A stretch of DNA of 64,000 bases from a virus. The notes under the pieces were generated by a model that ran no database searches, was not told where the DNA came from, and was given only the letters and a program-made list of their open reading frames with translations. Position numbers and translations under genes: made by a program. Of this stretch, positions 46,278 through 56,286 are shown one piece after another. The stretch's first letter is position 1. The number at the start of each line of letters is the position of its first letter. Where the stretch lies: positions 32,001 to 96,000 of the IMG/VR virus record IMGVR_UViG_3300029787_005452, one strand, 5' to 3'.

Positions 46278-47262
46278 CTATTGGTCTTTTAGGGTATTTA
46301 AACATTGAATTACATGTACAACCACCCTTTACAGGGCAAATAATTTCTTTACCGCAATTTCTAAATAAAGGGTCTAAAACTTCTCCTGAACAAACGTTTT
46401 TAAAAATTCCTAAATGATCAACATTCCATGACCAAGCAGGGCAATAAAATTTATTATAAAAATTATCTAAATGATTGCCTCTTATTTCTAATTCATTTAA
46501 ATAATGCTCTTTACCGCATTTTTCTACATATTTAATTTTGTCTTTAATACTATATTTTTCGTAAAAATCATTTAAACCAAATTTATCTAAAAAATTATAA
46601 ACTATATTCATTTGTTTTTTACTTTCTTCGATAGTATTTTTTGGTATATTACCCATATTAAAACCTTCATAATTTTTTGTACTTTGTAAAAGATTTAAAT
46701 CAAATACTATACCCTCATGAAGTAATTGTTTCATTAAATTAGCAGTTTGTTCGTGATATTTTTCTTCATTTATTATATTAACATTAACATAGAATTGTAA
46801 ATCATTTTTAAATAATTCTACACATTTATTTCCAAACTTTCCATCTTTATCGTATTGAGGGTGGTATGAAAACCCTCCATATATTCTTTTTTTTATATCT
46901 AAATCATTTATTTTTAAATAAAAATCAATTGGAGCGGTTAAATTGGTGTAATATATACTTTCATGTAATTTATCTAACTTTGATATTTCTTCAATTATAT
47001 CTAAAAAATTAGGATGTAAGGTAGGTTCCCCTCCTAATATTTCTAATTTAAATAATGGAGTATTTTTTAGTTTAAGTCTTTTTATTACCGTTTTCCACAT
47101 ATGGTAATAATTATTTTTTATATCAGATCTAATATAATCATAAGCATAGCAATACTTACACCTATAATTACATTTGTGCAATAAACTCCACCATATTTCT
47201 AAACATTCAAAATCTTCTTCCCCAGTAAATTTTACATTATTTAATTTAAGTTTAGAAGACAT
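46270..47262 (-). CDS. Radical SAM protein (paralogue of 43642..44751)
   Basis: CNYRCKYC, LGGEPTLHP, TNL; C-terminal CPAW...VC...CP...CTC; TATAAATA 5 nt upstream. Confidence 0.88.
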   Translation of the reverse strand: MSSKLKLNNVKFTGEEDFECLEIWWSLLHKCNYRCKYCYAYDYIRSDIKNNYYHMWKTVIKRLKLKNTPLFKLEILGGEPTLHPNFLDIIEEISKLDKLHESIYYTNLTAPIDFYLKINDLDIKKRIYGGFSYHPQYDKDGKFGNKCVELFKNDLQFYVNVNIINEEKYHEQTANLMKQLLHEGIVFDLNLLQSTKNYEGFNMGNIPKNTIEESKKQMNIVYNFLDKFGLNDFYEKYSIKDKIKYVEKCGKEHYLNELEIRGNHLDNFYNKFYCPAWSWNVDHLGIFKNVCSGEVLDPLFRNCGKEIICPVKGGCTCNSMFKYPKRPIDG

Positions 47263-47270
47263 AATGTTAT

Positions 47271-47909
47271 TTATAAACTAATATTATCATTACCATCTGT
47301 TGTCTGTATATAACAACTATCTTTAATATAATTTATTTTACAATTTTTTAAACATTTTAAAAAAAATATTTCATCATTTTCGACATAATTATCATCTATT
47401 ATGTATTTGTTTATTAAATTATAGTTTATAATTTTTTTATCAAAAATTATTTGAGATAACTGAAAATCTATAAAATTATTATTAATAATAAAATCATTAT
47501 AGTATTTATATGGTTTTTTGCAGCATGATTTAACATATTCTTTCATAGAATTTTCATTTATATATTTGCGTATAAATTTTTTATCTTTTTCATATTCTAT
47601 AAAATTTAAATCATAATTTAAATCTATATTTTTAAAAAACTTAGGGGTTATATAATCATCATCTTCTAAAAAAAAGACTTTATTATAGTTAGATAAATTT
47701 ATTAACTTAAAATATAAATTTTTTAAAGTATCTTTAATATAAAAATACTTTATTTCCACGTTTTTATTGTAAATTTCTTCTATATCGTTACTATCATTAT
47801 TGACTATTATTTCTATATTGTTATTTTTACAGTTATCTATAACACTTTCAATACATCTTTTAAAAAGTTTAGGTCTTTTATGGGTTAAAATTAAAATTGA
47901 TAAATTCAT
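47271..47909 (-). CDS. Glycosyltransferase family 2-like
   Basis: LSILILTHKRP, IIVNND, FLEDDD. Confidence 0.75.
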   Translation of the reverse strand: MNLSILILTHKRPKLFKRCIESVIDNCKNNNIEIIVNNDSNDIEEIYNKNVEIKYFYIKDTLKNLYFKLINLSNYNKVFFLEDDDYITPKFFKNIDLNYDLNFIEYEKDKKFIRKYINENSMKEYVKSCCKKPYKYYNDFIINNNFIDFQLSQIIFDKKIINYNLINKYIIDDNYVENDEIFFLKCLKNCKINYIKDSCYIQTTDGNDNISL

Positions 47910-48871
47910 ATTTTTTTCTTTAAAATATCAATAATTTTATCGTTTTTCTTTAATATTATACTATTAAAATCGTTTTCTATGTCTAATTTTCTATATTTTA
48001 AACCAGTATCTACGTTTAAATAGTTTTTATCAATATTATGGTATATAATATCTTTATTATAATACTTACATTCAGCTATAAATCTTGGACTGCAGTCAAA
48101 ACAACCTAATTCTTGTTTAGTTACCGAATATGTTGGGGTATATATGTAAGAATCAAACTTTTCAAATATATTATCCAAGGGCATAGCTGGAAAAGTTACA
48201 TTTTTTATATTTTTAAATTGTTCCCTATACAATTCTGGCTGATTAGTTAAAATTATATAATTTTTAAACTTATACTGCATAACTACATCAAGTAAATAAT
48301 TACTACACAGTTTTCTACAGTTTGTAGTTACATATAATAGTGCAGTTTCAGTTTTTACCTTTTTTATATCATTATAGATGTCAAACTTTATTTTTTTCTT
48401 ATAATCTATGGCTATTTCATTATCTTTATCATTATAAACCCTTTGATCTTGCAGTAAAGTTATATTTTTATAAGGTAAATTATAGTGAAAATCTTTATTT
48501 GAACATCTAAATGAAAATATATTATCAAAAGATATAACTATACCATCTCTTAATGAGGTTCTAGTAAACCCTCCATCGACAAATAATATATTTTTACCTG
48601 ATATAAACTTAGGTCGGTGATGAAAAATGGTATTATCTTTAATTTCATTAATTATATTATTTTTTATATTATATTTCGATATAATAGCTTTTTCTATTAT
48701 ATTCCAATCCATATCTTCGCATATTAATATACCAATTTTCATATGCTGGCTTAATAACAAGTAATATTCTAATATTTCATATAAATGACCAGATATTCCG
48801 TGATTATTATCATTATTCCATGTCATTGTTAAGAATAAATCATAACTTTTATCCAATTTTAAATATCTCAC
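47906..48871 (-). CDS. Hypothetical protein, possible GT-B-like enzyme
   Basis: DCSPRFIAEC motif; lies in the glycan cluster. Confidence 0.35.
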   Translation of the reverse strand: MRYLKLDKSYDLFLTMTWNNDNNHGISGHLYEILEYYLLLSQHMKIGILICEDMDWNIIEKAIISKYNIKNNIINEIKDNTIFHHRPKFISGKNILFVDGGFTRTSLRDGIVISFDNIFSFRCSNKDFHYNLPYKNITLLQDQRVYNDKDNEIAIDYKKKIKFDIYNDIKKVKTETALLYVTTNCRKLCSNYLLDVVMQYKFKNYIILTNQPELYREQFKNIKNVTFPAMPLDNIFEKFDSYIYTPTYSVTKQELGCFDCSPRFIAECKYYNKDIIYHNIDKNYLNVDTGLKYRKLDIENDFNSIILKKNDKIIDILKKKI

Positions 48872-49896
48872 AAGTAAAAATCTTTCCTATAATGGTTAAC
48901 ATCACGTATTTTATCACCAGGTTCAGGATATACTTCCATATCTAATTGTTTTTCGATACCATCACAAATATAAAAATATTTGCACTTAAAACATGCTAAA
49001 GATTTTTTATAATCAGTGAGTCTATCATGTCTAGCTTTAGCATACCCTAATTCTATTTTTTGATTGTGTGTATATGTCTTAGTTACATCAATATCATAGT
49101 CATATATTTCTTTATTCCAGTCATATACATCATATACATGTTGATATTGGTTACATACATATTTTTCATAACCTTTCATAAAGCAATAAGGTGTGTATCT
49201 AACGTTAATATATTTTACATCGTCGACTATTAAATCTATACATTTTTTTATATTATCAGTTAGTTTATTATAGTCATCTATAGGTTCAAATGTTTTATTA
49301 TCATCCCAATAGTTTAAAGTTAAAAAGTTTACTTGAAAAGGTTTAATTTTTTTAATAATATCAGCATAAGCTACTAAACCTGAATAATTTTTTTGATAAA
49401 CTGTACAGTTAATTCTAACTCGTATGTTATGTTTGTTACAAAGGTCTATTGCTTTATTGATTTTCTTCCAACCATTCTTTCTCCCTACTATATCATCATG
49501 AACTTCTTCATTATAACCATGTAAACTAAATAAAATTTCTTTTAACCCGTGTTCTTTTGATTTTAATAAAAACTTTTCATTAGAAAATACTGAACCGTTA
49601 CTTAAACAGCTTATATTTTTAAATTTATCATTACAATAATCTAATATTTTAAACCAATCTTTATGTATGGAGCTTTCTCCTCCTGATAAATCTACTTCAT
49701 CTATACCATATGAGTGCAAAATATCTATACGCTTTTTAATAGTGTCGTATGACGTTTTCTGGTCTAATTTATCAAGATAATAACAAAATTCACAATGGTA
49801 ATTACAATGAAACCCGGTATCTAACTTTGCTCTATTATTTCTTTTAGTGGTATAATCAACATTAAATCTATTGATACTAATTTTATTAATATCCAT
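48868..49896 (-). CDS. Radical SAM protein with SPASM/twitch-like Cys tail
   Basis: CNYHCEFC, LSGGE, SLHG...HD, PYCF, CFKCKYFYICDG. Confidence 0.88.
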   Translation of the reverse strand: MDINKISINRFNVDYTTKRNNRAKLDTGFHCNYHCEFCYYLDKLDQKTSYDTIKKRIDILHSYGIDEVDLSGGESSIHKDWFKILDYCNDKFKNISCLSNGSVFSNEKFLLKSKEHGLKEILFSLHGYNEEVHDDIVGRKNGWKKINKAIDLCNKHNIRVRINCTVYQKNYSGLVAYADIIKKIKPFQVNFLTLNYWDDNKTFEPIDDYNKLTDNIKKCIDLIVDDVKYINVRYTPYCFMKGYEKYVCNQYQHVYDVYDWNKEIYDYDIDVTKTYTHNQKIELGYAKARHDRLTDYKKSLACFKCKYFYICDGIEKQLDMEVYPEPGDKIRDVNHYRKDFYL

Positions 49897-49908
49897 TGTA
49901 TAATTTGT

Positions 49909-50775
49909 TTATTGATTATTTTTATCAAGAATTTCTTTTATTTTGTTTATTACTTTTGTAACAACATAATTTGTATCCTTTATTTCAGATATTTCATCAT
50001 AAATTTCCTTTAACTCATCGTATGTCATCGTTTCAACCAGTGAAAGAGCAGCATCTAAGGTATTATCATCATTACCATTAATTTTATCTTTAATACTTGT
50101 CAATTCATCAGGTAATGGTAAGAGCAGTGGTGGGTAAGTATCGATTACATCGATTAAATTCTTACAATCGGTCAAATCTATATCATTAAGTGTTTCGCAA
50201 AACATTTCTATAATAGAATTAATATCTTCTATATCTTCCTCATCAGATTCTTTTTTAATTTCATTTAATTCATTAATATTTTCATCTATTTTATGTTTTA
50301 CTATTTTATTCCAAACTTTTGATATATTATTTTTATTAGAAATAGTATTTGCTTTTATTTCATAATCTCTTACAGTAAATTCAAATTTTTTACATATATC
50401 AAATATTTCTTTTTCTGAATTAACTTTATAAACTTCGTTTTTTAAATAGTATTCTAATAATTCTTCTTTAGATATATATTCTAAACTACAATCTTCTAAA
50501 TCTGAATTTATTTTATCAATATAGCCTAAATTAATTTCTATATTATTATCTACCCCATGGACTGTTATTTCTTGAATTTCACTATATAATATGTTTTCTA
50601 TTTTTTTTGATAATATATTATATACCCTTATTTTATCAATTTTATCAGAATTTTTTATTGTTATTTTACAGATATCTTTTAAAGTGGTATATGGTTTACT
50701 AATTCCTTCAATTTTCAGAAAACATATATTATCAGATAGTTGTTTTATGGTATAATTTTTAGTTTCGCTATCCAT
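49909..50775 (-). CDS. Acidic hypothetical protein
   Basis: 288 aa; TAAATA 5 nt upstream. Confidence 0.6.
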   Translation of the reverse strand: MDSETKNYTIKQLSDNICFLKIEGISKPYTTLKDICKITIKNSDKIDKIRVYNILSKKIENILYSEIQEITVHGVDNNIEINLGYIDKINSDLEDCSLEYISKEELLEYYLKNEVYKVNSEKEIFDICKKFEFTVRDYEIKANTISNKNNISKVWNKIVKHKIDENINELNEIKKESDEEDIEDINSIIEMFCETLNDIDLTDCKNLIDVIDTYPPLLLPLPDELTSIKDKINGNDDNTLDAALSLVETMTYDELKEIYDEISEIKDTNYVVTKVINKIKEILDKNNQ

Positions 50776-50783
50776 TTACTTAT

Positions 50784-51515
50784 TTATGGGTAAGTCATTG
50801 AAGGTCCATAGGTTCTACCACTAGGATCTTGTATACCCTGTAACAAATATAATGCGTTAGATGTTTTACCTCTACCAGCACCTCCTGAATATGTAAAATT
50901 TATAGAGGTGGTATCACCAAATGAACCGACCCCGGTGGCATTCATACCTCTAACTTTTGCAGCTCCATCATATCCAGGTGTTATTCTAAATCGTGCCTCC
51001 GGTTGAGCGTTGGTTGTTTTTGGTGTTAGCTGATCGAAATCAAGAGTTTTAAAGGCCTGAACTGTAACAGTATATTCAGTACCACCGTTTAAACCAGTGA
51101 AAGTTACACTTTCTCCATGAGCAGCGAGTTTACTTTGATTATTCATTTCATACCTGTATGAGTTTTTTTCACTAAATATACCTTGTAGTGAGACTTTTGC
51201 ATTATTATTAGTACCATATGTAGAAGATGTTTCATTTATAGTAGAAACTCCTATTCCAAGAATAGTTGTACCATGGAAATCACTTAAATTAATTTGTTGA
51301 CCAGAACTTTTTTTATTACTAAAATTACCTGTTGTACCTACATAAGTTCTAAACCAATTTCTTAAAGAATTTATACTACTATTAACTTCAGTTCGACTAG
51401 TACTAGTTTTTATATTTTTAAGCAAATTTATACTTCTATCTTCCCCAGTATTTCCAGGGCTTACTTCTCCTGATGTTGGTATTCCTTTGGGTGCTGAACT
51501 ATCATTTACGGCCAT
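50784..51515 (-). CDS. Virion fibre/appendage-like protein
   Basis: IPTSGEVS and QINLSDFHG motifs of phage fibre proteins, Thr/Gly/Ser-rich, FN3-like FTGLNGGTEYTVTVQA; TAAATA 5 nt upstream. Confidence 0.5.
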   Translation of the reverse strand: MAVNDSSAPKGIPTSGEVSPGNTGEDRSINLLKNIKTSTSRTEVNSSINSLRNWFRTYVGTTGNFSNKKSSGQQINLSDFHGTTILGIGVSTINETSSTYGTNNNAKVSLQGIFSEKNSYRYEMNNQSKLAAHGESVTFTGLNGGTEYTVTVQAFKTLDFDQLTPKTTNAQPEARFRITPGYDGAAKVRGMNATGVGSFGDTTSINFTYSGGAGRGKTSNALYLLQGIQDPSGRTYGPSMTYP

Positions 51516-51527
51516 ACTATTATTTAA

Positions 51528-51803
51528 TTATTTACCTTTTTTCTTCCATGATACCCGTTTAGAGCTTTTCTTTTTATACATTTTACCTTTTATTTTATTA
51601 CAAGCTGCTTTCGTAGGTCTACATGCTGGGTAACTACCGCCTGATTTTTTGGATTTTCTACCACAAGGTCCACCGGTTTTACAATTTATCCAACCGCTAA
51701 ACTTTTTACCCGTCTTAGGGTCTTTACCACCGCGTTTAAACCATTGATGGAGACCATCACTAGCTTCATTTACATAAAACTCAAATAGGTCATCAAATTT
51801 CAT
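51528..51803 (-). CDS. Small basic Cys-containing conserved phage protein
   Basis: GLHQWF, WINCKTGGPCGR, YPACRP; leader MKFDDLFE. Confidence 0.7.
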   Translation of the reverse strand: MKFDDLFEFYVNEASDGLHQWFKRGGKDPKTGKKFSGWINCKTGGPCGRKSKKSGGSYPACRPTKAACNKIKGKMYKKKSSKRVSWKKKGK

Positions 51804-51970
51804 TACTTTCCTTTTGCTTCTTTAGATGCGTGTAATTTATCACCAGCTTTTTTTGCTGCTTTATAGGCTTTACTACCTTTTCTAGCTGATTTATGTCCAG
51901 ATTTTTTCTTTTTATTAATATTTGCCCATAAGCTTTCAACTAATTGATCAAATGTTATTTTTTCTTCCAT
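51803..51970 (-). CDS. 55-aa basic protein
   Basis: Not in ORF track; MEEKITFDQLVESLWANINKKKKSGHKSARKGSKAYKAAKKAG...; TAATG overlap with the next gene. Confidence 0.6.
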   Translation of the reverse strand: MEEKITFDQLVESLWANINKKKKSGHKSARKGSKAYKAAKKAGDKLHASKEAKGK

Positions 51971-52275
51971 ATTTTACCTTTCCTGCATCTTACTATAGCA
52001 CCTGACTTATATGCAGAAGTTTTTTTACCATAAACTTGATCAGCTTTACGTTTACATCTATCTTGAGCATCTTCTTCTTTTTTAGGTGAATAACTTTCAA
52101 GATCATGTTGACGGAGACCTATTAATTTTGTTGCTTTACCCCTAAGCATCTGTACATATTTGTCACCACCGTACATAGCAACCATTCTAGGATCAGGATC
52201 TTTAATCATAGCTTGTAATTCTTTAATTTGTTTTACACGCTCAGCATTTTCATAATATAGTTTAAATGTTTTCAT
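51955..52275 (-). CDS. Small basic conserved phage protein
   Basis: DRCKRKA...SAYKSGAIVRCRK; leader MKTFKLYYE. Confidence 0.7.
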   Translation of the reverse strand: MKTFKLYYENAERVKQIKELQAMIKDPDPRMVAMYGGDKYVQMLRGKATKLIGLRQHDLESYSPKKEEDAQDRCKRKADQVYGKKTSAYKSGAIVRCRKGKIWKKK

Positions 52276-52281
52276 AATAAA

Positions 52282-52602
52282 TTACCATTTTCTGCAAGAC
52301 CAATATCTAGCTTTTGTTTTAGGACCAGGATTATCACAATTATGTCTAGCTCTAAAAGATTTACGAGCTTTAGGATTACTTTTTCTTATTTTCATAGTTT
52401 TTTCACCGCGTCGTTTAGCTGATGAACCACCATGTCCAAAATTAACTTTTCTTACATTACCTGACTTAGGATCTTTTACGTATACTTTAAATTTTTTTAC
52501 ATCCCCTCGAGTCGGTTTATTAAGAGTTACTTTTCTACCTCTGTATTCAGCATCTTCATCAAATGCTTCCATAAGAGAAGAGTATAGTTTATCGAATGTC
52601 AT
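52282..52602 (-). CDS. Highly conserved marine T4-like basic protein
   Basis: AEYRGRKVTLNKP...KKFKVYVKDPK.GNV.KVNFG...RKSFRARHNC...KARYWSCRKW. Confidence 0.8.
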   Translation of the reverse strand: MTFDKLYSSLMEAFDEDAEYRGRKVTLNKPTRGDVKKFKVYVKDPKSGNVRKVNFGHGGSSAKRRGEKTMKIRKSNPKARKSFRARHNCDNPGPKTKARYWSCRKW

Positions 52603-53213
52603 GTAATTATTTATTAAATATTAATATGGATAATGAATCTAATCTAATATTTGAACAATATAAATCTGTAAACGAAATGATTGGTCTCGGACCTAGGGTC
52701 AGTAAAATGGTAAAAATACCTGGTCCTGGTTCTCAAAATGCTACCCCTAAAGTAGTAATAATGAAAATAAGTGACGAAGAATCTTGTAGTAATGAAGAGT
52801 TACCTAATGAACAAGAAATTGTTCGAATACAAGCTGGTGAACCAGAAGAATCAGATTGCGGAGGTGATGATTGTGGCTGCAATAAAGAAGGGGACAGTAG
52901 TGGTAAAACAATTTATGATGGTGAATTAGATATGGCTAGATTAGAATTATTAAAAGCTAATGAATATGCTGCTAAATTATTTCATCATATAGGTAATCAT
53001 CCTGAAAGTGATTATTTAGAAGGTTGGGTAGCAAGTAAAATAACTAAAGCAGCTGATTACCTATCATCAGTTTATCATTATCTAGATTATGAAGATAATT
53101 TTCCTACCAGAGAACCTTGCTATAGTGATGAAGAAGATAAAGAGGATGAAAGTATAGAATTAGATGATGATGAAATGACTAAAACTGCTAAAGAGACCGG
53201 TTTTGGAGCTTAA
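52596..53213 (+). CDS. Acidic conserved phage hypothetical protein
   Basis: Probable start 52626 (MDNESNLIFEQY); ELDMA...EGWVASKITKAADYL motif. Confidence 0.7.
   Translation: MSCNYLLNINMDNESNLIFEQYKSVNEMIGLGPRVSKMVKIPGPGSQNATPKVVIMKISDEESCSNEELPNEQEIVRIQAGEPEESDCGGDDCGCNKEGDSSGKTIYDGELDMARLELLKANEYAAKLFHHIGNHPESDYLEGWVASKITKAADYLSSVYHYLDYEDNFPTREPCYSDEEDKEDESIELDDDEMTKTAKETGFGA
52608..52620. promoter_or_regulatory. Back-to-back TAAATA late promoters
   Basis: TATTTATTAAATA; each box lies 5 nt from a divergent ATG (52602 and 52626). Confidence 0.6.
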
Positions 53214-55207
53214 ACTAATTTATTATCAAATATACGTTTAACTTCTTCGTCCATCGAACCATATAGATCTTGTATAAGATCTTTTCTTTCTTGTTCATCT
53301 AAACTTTTGTATAATTCTCTTATTTGAGATGCACTTCTAATATCTTTACCAAGAATACTAAAATCCATAGTAGGTAAAGTTGTTATATAACCATGTTTAC
53401 TACCGCTAGTTATTTTTTTAGACTTATCATATGGTTGAAAATAACTTGGCGTACCATCTTTTTTTAAACCGAATTTAAAGCGAGGTTTATCACCTTCCAT
53501 ATCTTTTTCAGAAACTGCAAATATAACTTTAGTTTTATCTAAATCATATCTTTCAGTAATCTCATTAGCTAAATATGGATTTTTTGTCATTTCTACAAAA
53601 CTAGGATCAATACCAGCACTTTGAATCATTTTTTTCTTTTCTTCAAATTCAAATGGGGAATTATCGTCATTAGTTTTACCAGATGTAGAAATAAATATAT
53701 CAGCTGTTGGAAATTGTTGTTTTAATTTATTGTAAACCGATGCATGTCCTTTATGAAATGGGTGAAATCTACCTGGGTATATAACTACCGTTTTTGTTAA
53801 ATCTTCTGCCTCTTCAAATTCATTTAACATTTCATACATTTCATTAAAAGCTCCAATTTTTTTACTTCCTGTTGGGTGGGTTTGTAATCTTGTACCTTCA
53901 CCTTTATTAAACACTGGTGGGTTATTAATATATGATTCTTGATTCTCAGGTGTTGAGGGTTTACCAGTTCCAAAATTAGCGCGACTAAATTCTTCTCTAT
54001 CAACTAATTTAGTAATTTCTGCCCCTGCTGCTGTAACTTTAGATAATGCAAAACCTTCAGGAGCAGTTGTTTGCCAATTGTTAGAGCTTTCTTCTAGATA
54101 TGTACCTAATAGATCATTTTTTGTTATTTCATTAAAAATTTTAATTAAATTATTTTTTAAATTAGCTATAATTTTAGTAATTTCAAAAGCATTTTTTATA
54201 GAAGGTTTAAGCTTTTGTAAAGCTTTTAAAGTTACTTTCATTTGCTCAGTTTTTTTAGCTTTACCTTTTTCACTTTTCAGCTTTTCTAACTCTTTTGTAA
54301 AACGATTTGAAATATAATTAACATATTCTTCGGTAGACATCGATGTATCTTGCAAAAATCTCCCAGATCTTATTTCAGAGTTTATATAAGATTTTAAAGT
54401 ACTAGTGTAATCATCTAACGCACTAAAATCGACTTTATCAGCTAACTTAAGTACTTGCTTCTTTTTAACCTTAACATCTTTTAAAAGTAATTTACTAAAG
54501 GATGATTTACTATTTTTAGGCTTATTAGCTAATACATTAAAAACAAATACTGTATTTGATGAGGTAAACTCATCGGGGGAAGAAGTGTATTTTTTTACTT
54601 TTAATATACCGTTACGTACCATATATTCAATATGAACTGCAACTCCTATTTTTGATTTAGCTATTTGATCACCATAAGGGCTATTTTCGGTAACTGCATA
54701 CTTAATAGTATTAGGGGTAAAAGTTAAAAATTTATTTTCATTTTTTACACCATCGATAGTTTCTGGAGTTTCAAAAGTTTTCATTTGCGGATCAAACATA
54801 TAATCCATTTGATAAATACCTTTAAGATTTAAAGATGGTAAATAACGTAAAGCTAATTTTAATTTATCTGCTAAACCACCAGTACCGTGATTTGTGGCAA
54901 TATCCTCCTCAGTATAATTTATTTTAGGGTTTTTAGCAAAAGCTGATTTACTTGCTACAAAAAATTTATTATTAGTATCTATACCCGCAACAATAGCAGG
55001 TGCCCCATCAAACTTTGTAGATATTTTATAATCAGATTCATCTACAAAATACGATATAGAAGATTCTATTTGGTTAATAGCTTCTATAACACCTTGCTTA
55101 CCTTTATTAAGTATATTTTCTTCTAAATGATCAATATGCTTTACTGCCCCATCAATTGCATCAAAGAATTCTAATAATACTTTATGGTGTTGTTTAAAGT
55201 TTATCAT
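53210..55207 (-). CDS. Ligase-like nucleotidyltransferase domain fused to an HxGH (cytidylyltransferase-like) domain
   Basis: N-domain HIDHLEE, KFDGAPA (KxDG), PEGFAL, KLVDR; C-domain YPGRFHPFHKGH and SASQIR. Confidence 0.7.
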   Translation of the reverse strand: MINFKQHHKVLLEFFDAIDGAVKHIDHLEENILNKGKQGVIEAINQIESSISYFVDESDYKISTKFDGAPAIVAGIDTNNKFFVASKSAFAKNPKINYTEEDIATNHGTGGLADKLKLALRYLPSLNLKGIYQMDYMFDPQMKTFETPETIDGVKNENKFLTFTPNTIKYAVTENSPYGDQIAKSKIGVAVHIEYMVRNGILKVKKYTSSPDEFTSSNTVFVFNVLANKPKNSKSSFSKLLLKDVKVKKKQVLKLADKVDFSALDDYTSTLKSYINSEIRSGRFLQDTSMSTEEYVNYISNRFTKELEKLKSEKGKAKKTEQMKVTLKALQKLKPSIKNAFEITKIIANLKNNLIKIFNEITKNDLLGTYLEESSNNWQTTAPEGFALSKVTAAGAEITKLVDREEFSRANFGTGKPSTPENQESYINNPPVFNKGEGTRLQTHPTGSKKIGAFNEMYEMLNEFEEAEDLTKTVVIYPGRFHPFHKGHASVYNKLKQQFPTADIFISTSGKTNDDNSPFEFEEKKKMIQSAGIDPSFVEMTKNPYLANEITERYDLDKTKVIFAVSEKDMEGDKPRFKFGLKKDGTPSYFQPYDKSKKITSGSKHGYITTLPTMDFSILGKDIRSASQIRELYKSLDEQERKDLIQDLYGSMDEEVKRIFDNKLV

Positions 55208-56286
55208 GATATTTTTAAATCCTTTTTAAACTTTGCATTTACATTACTTCCTGGATAACCTATATAAACCCCATCACCATCAAAATCAAAAGCTATAAAA
55301 TTATTATTAATAGCATTTAAAATATTTGAATAACTAGTAACATTTAAATAACGAGCTTTGTCAAATGTACCTTCACCAGCAACACTTCCTGCTTTTCTAG
55401 TAAAACCTTTTTGATAAACATATAATACAATATCAAAACCTTCGCTACCGTATTCATTTAACATTATACCTGCAAAATGCTGCATACGTTTAACTGGATC
55501 AGTAATATTTTGATCAATAAACTGTTGTAAAACAGAACTATTAGCAAAAGCTTTTTTCATTACATCGCCGGTAAATTTAGCTTGTTGTAAATCTTCTATA
55601 GATAAATCAGGTTTAGCTGCAAACTCTTTGAGTTTATTAAGATCATTTTTAAACCCTCCACCTCTAGCGCTAATAATTCTTCCTTTACCTACTTTTAATT
55701 CAATATTTAACCCGCTTGGAGTTTTTAAATCTCCAACATCTCCTTTAAAACATTCAGTAAATAAACTTAATAGTAACTCACCATCACCAACACTAACATT
55801 GCCTTCAGAAAAACTTTTAACAAATAATGAATTATAAAACTGTTCTAATTTTTCTGGTGTTTCGTTAGCTAATATTTTTTTTAAGACTGGAAAAACTGCT
55901 TCATGTAAACTTAACTCTCCTTGAACACTACTTATTTTACCGGTAATACTATTTAATTTTTGCTTAATTTGTGATAACATTTCTATTTCACCATAATTTA
56001 CATCAAAATCAGCAAAATAGTTTTTAATATAGCGAGTTTGATCTTCAAAACCAGATTGTCGAACGAGGTCTTCAACTGATTTATTACCTTCCTTTTTAAC
56101 TATATTAACTATCTTTCTATAATCTTTATCATCAACAGCACCTACAAATTCATAATTATTATCTTGATCACCTCTAAACAAATTAGTATCTTCATAAAAC
56201 AAATTTATCTTTTGACGGGGTAGTTTTCCTACCTTTTTATTAGCAGATTCATTTAAGTATACTTGATCTAATGGTTTCCAGCTCAT
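55204..56286 (-). CDS. Putative PD-(D/E)XK nuclease-fold protein
   Basis: VGDGELLL...GDL...IELK pattern; leader MSWKPLDQVYLNE. Confidence 0.45.
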   Translation of the reverse strand: MSWKPLDQVYLNESANKKVGKLPRQKINLFYEDTNLFRGDQDNNYEFVGAVDDKDYRKIVNIVKKEGNKSVEDLVRQSGFEDQTRYIKNYFADFDVNYGEIEMLSQIKQKLNSITGKISSVQGELSLHEAVFPVLKKILANETPEKLEQFYNSLFVKSFSEGNVSVGDGELLLSLFTECFKGDVGDLKTPSGLNIELKVGKGRIISARGGGFKNDLNKLKEFAAKPDLSIEDLQQAKFTGDVMKKAFANSSVLQQFIDQNITDPVKRMQHFAGIMLNEYGSEGFDIVLYVYQKGFTRKAGSVAGEGTFDKARYLNVTSYSNILNAINNNFIAFDFDGDGVYIGYPGSNVNAKFKKDLKIS

